In this document: in pieces, positions 63,212-64,000 of the stretch
Numbering within the stretch: the first letter of the stretch is position 1
How the letters are laid out: each line of letters starts with the position of its first letter
Assembly: GCF_036321535.1 (NCBI RefSeq)
Contig: NC_087436.1
Span: 44,952,001 to 45,016,000 of the forward strand
Source of the DNA: Camelus dromedarius
Lineage: Eukaryota
DNA: 64,000 nt
Reading direction: 5' to 3'
Position numbers and translations under genes: made by a program
The notes under the pieces: model-generated
What the model was told of the DNA's origin: nothing
Databases searched by the model: none
The model's input: the letters and a program-made list of their open reading frames with translations, nothing else

Positions 63212-63760
63212 CCTTGCTCCTCTGATTCCTGTGTGGTCCACCTTTCCACTGGCTTCTTTCCTCATTGTACAAACACCCTGAGGTTTCTCCCAACTTTAAC
63301 AACCACTTTTGCTCCCATGTGCAAGCTGCTTCAACACCAAACTTTTCCAAAGAGTTTGTTTTCATTACTTGCTACTCAAACCTTAACATTGAAATCTGAC
63401 TTTTGCAGCCACCATGCCAATGAACTTGCTAACTCTAGTGAACACTCTTCAGTGTTTATTCTATTTGATCCTTTTTTTCCACATATGTATATTTGCAATA
63501 TTGGAGTATCTGTTTATAATAGCCTCACTCCCTTATCCTCCTGAAAATTCCTAGTCATACTTTAGGACTCAATTCCAGTATTATTAACCCCTTTTACAAA
63601 TTTCACAGACTCCTTTCTCTGGGTTACCAGAAGGCACAAGTCTCCTTTTACTTGTCACGTGTATTATTACATCTTTGTTTGCTTGTCAGCCTTGCATTAG
63701 ATTTTTTGATCCTTAAAGCACAGCATTTAGCATGTAGAGGAAGTCAATAACTGGTGGGCT
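63212..63760 (+). mobile_element. L2 LINE fragments (further pieces probably at ~62000-62720)
   Basis: 'ttgaaatctgacttttgcagccacc', 'cttcagtgtttattctatttgatc', 3'-like 'acagcatttagcatgtagaggaagtcaataa'. Confidence 0.5.
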
Positions 63761-63779
63761 TTTTGCTTCCATTCTTTAA

Positions 63780-63875
63780 CAATCAAAATTCAAAATCTCC
63801 CCAACAAAAAATAAGAAAAATGAAATTTAACAGAGGTAAATGTAAAGGCCTCAATTTAGTTCAAAAACATTCATT
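63780..63875 (+). mobile_element. CR1/L3 LINE RT fragment
   Basis: 63820-63867 translates MKFNRGKCKGLNLVQK, resembling the CR1 RT motif MKFNxxKCKVLHLG. Confidence 0.7.
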
Positions 63876-64000
63876 TCCGTGCATATTCTGCTAGACTTTT
63901 ATTTTAGAGATAGTGTAAGTGGACAAAGACTATGGAGATTATTTGACTTTGAGTTCAAATTTATTCAAAAATATGACGATAGATATTTTTAAGTAGTAAA

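Overview
This is AT-rich, CpG-depleted mammalian genomic DNA, not a prokaryotic or viral window. It reads as a long intron or intergenic interval. I found no recognisable host protein-coding exon, rRNA, functional tRNA or CRISPR array. The only ORFs I recognise as protein are LINE-1 ORF2 C-terminal remnants: 6109-7143 (uninterrupted, CCHC motif intact) and 54558-54809. The rest is a layered record of transposable elements: recent L1 3' ends (several with readable target-site duplications), old L2, MIR, L1M, CR1/L3, MaLR (MLT1) LTRs, hAT-Charlie MITEs (MER3, MER5A, MER117-like), a tRNA-Ile-derived MamSINE1-like element, and microsatellites. The style of the L1 3' UTRs and the apparent absence of Alu, B1/B2, Can-SINE, PRE-1 and Bov-tA/BovB suggest a camelid-like cetartiodactyl (inference, moderate confidence). 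Several minus-strand splice-signal arrangements, including recursive-splice-like AG|GT sites and candidate non-coding or terminal exons, suggest a host transcript on the minus strand, but I cannot name a gene. I see no well-supported novel biological system. Repeat family names come from recalled consensus similarity and boundaries are approximate unless a TSD is given.
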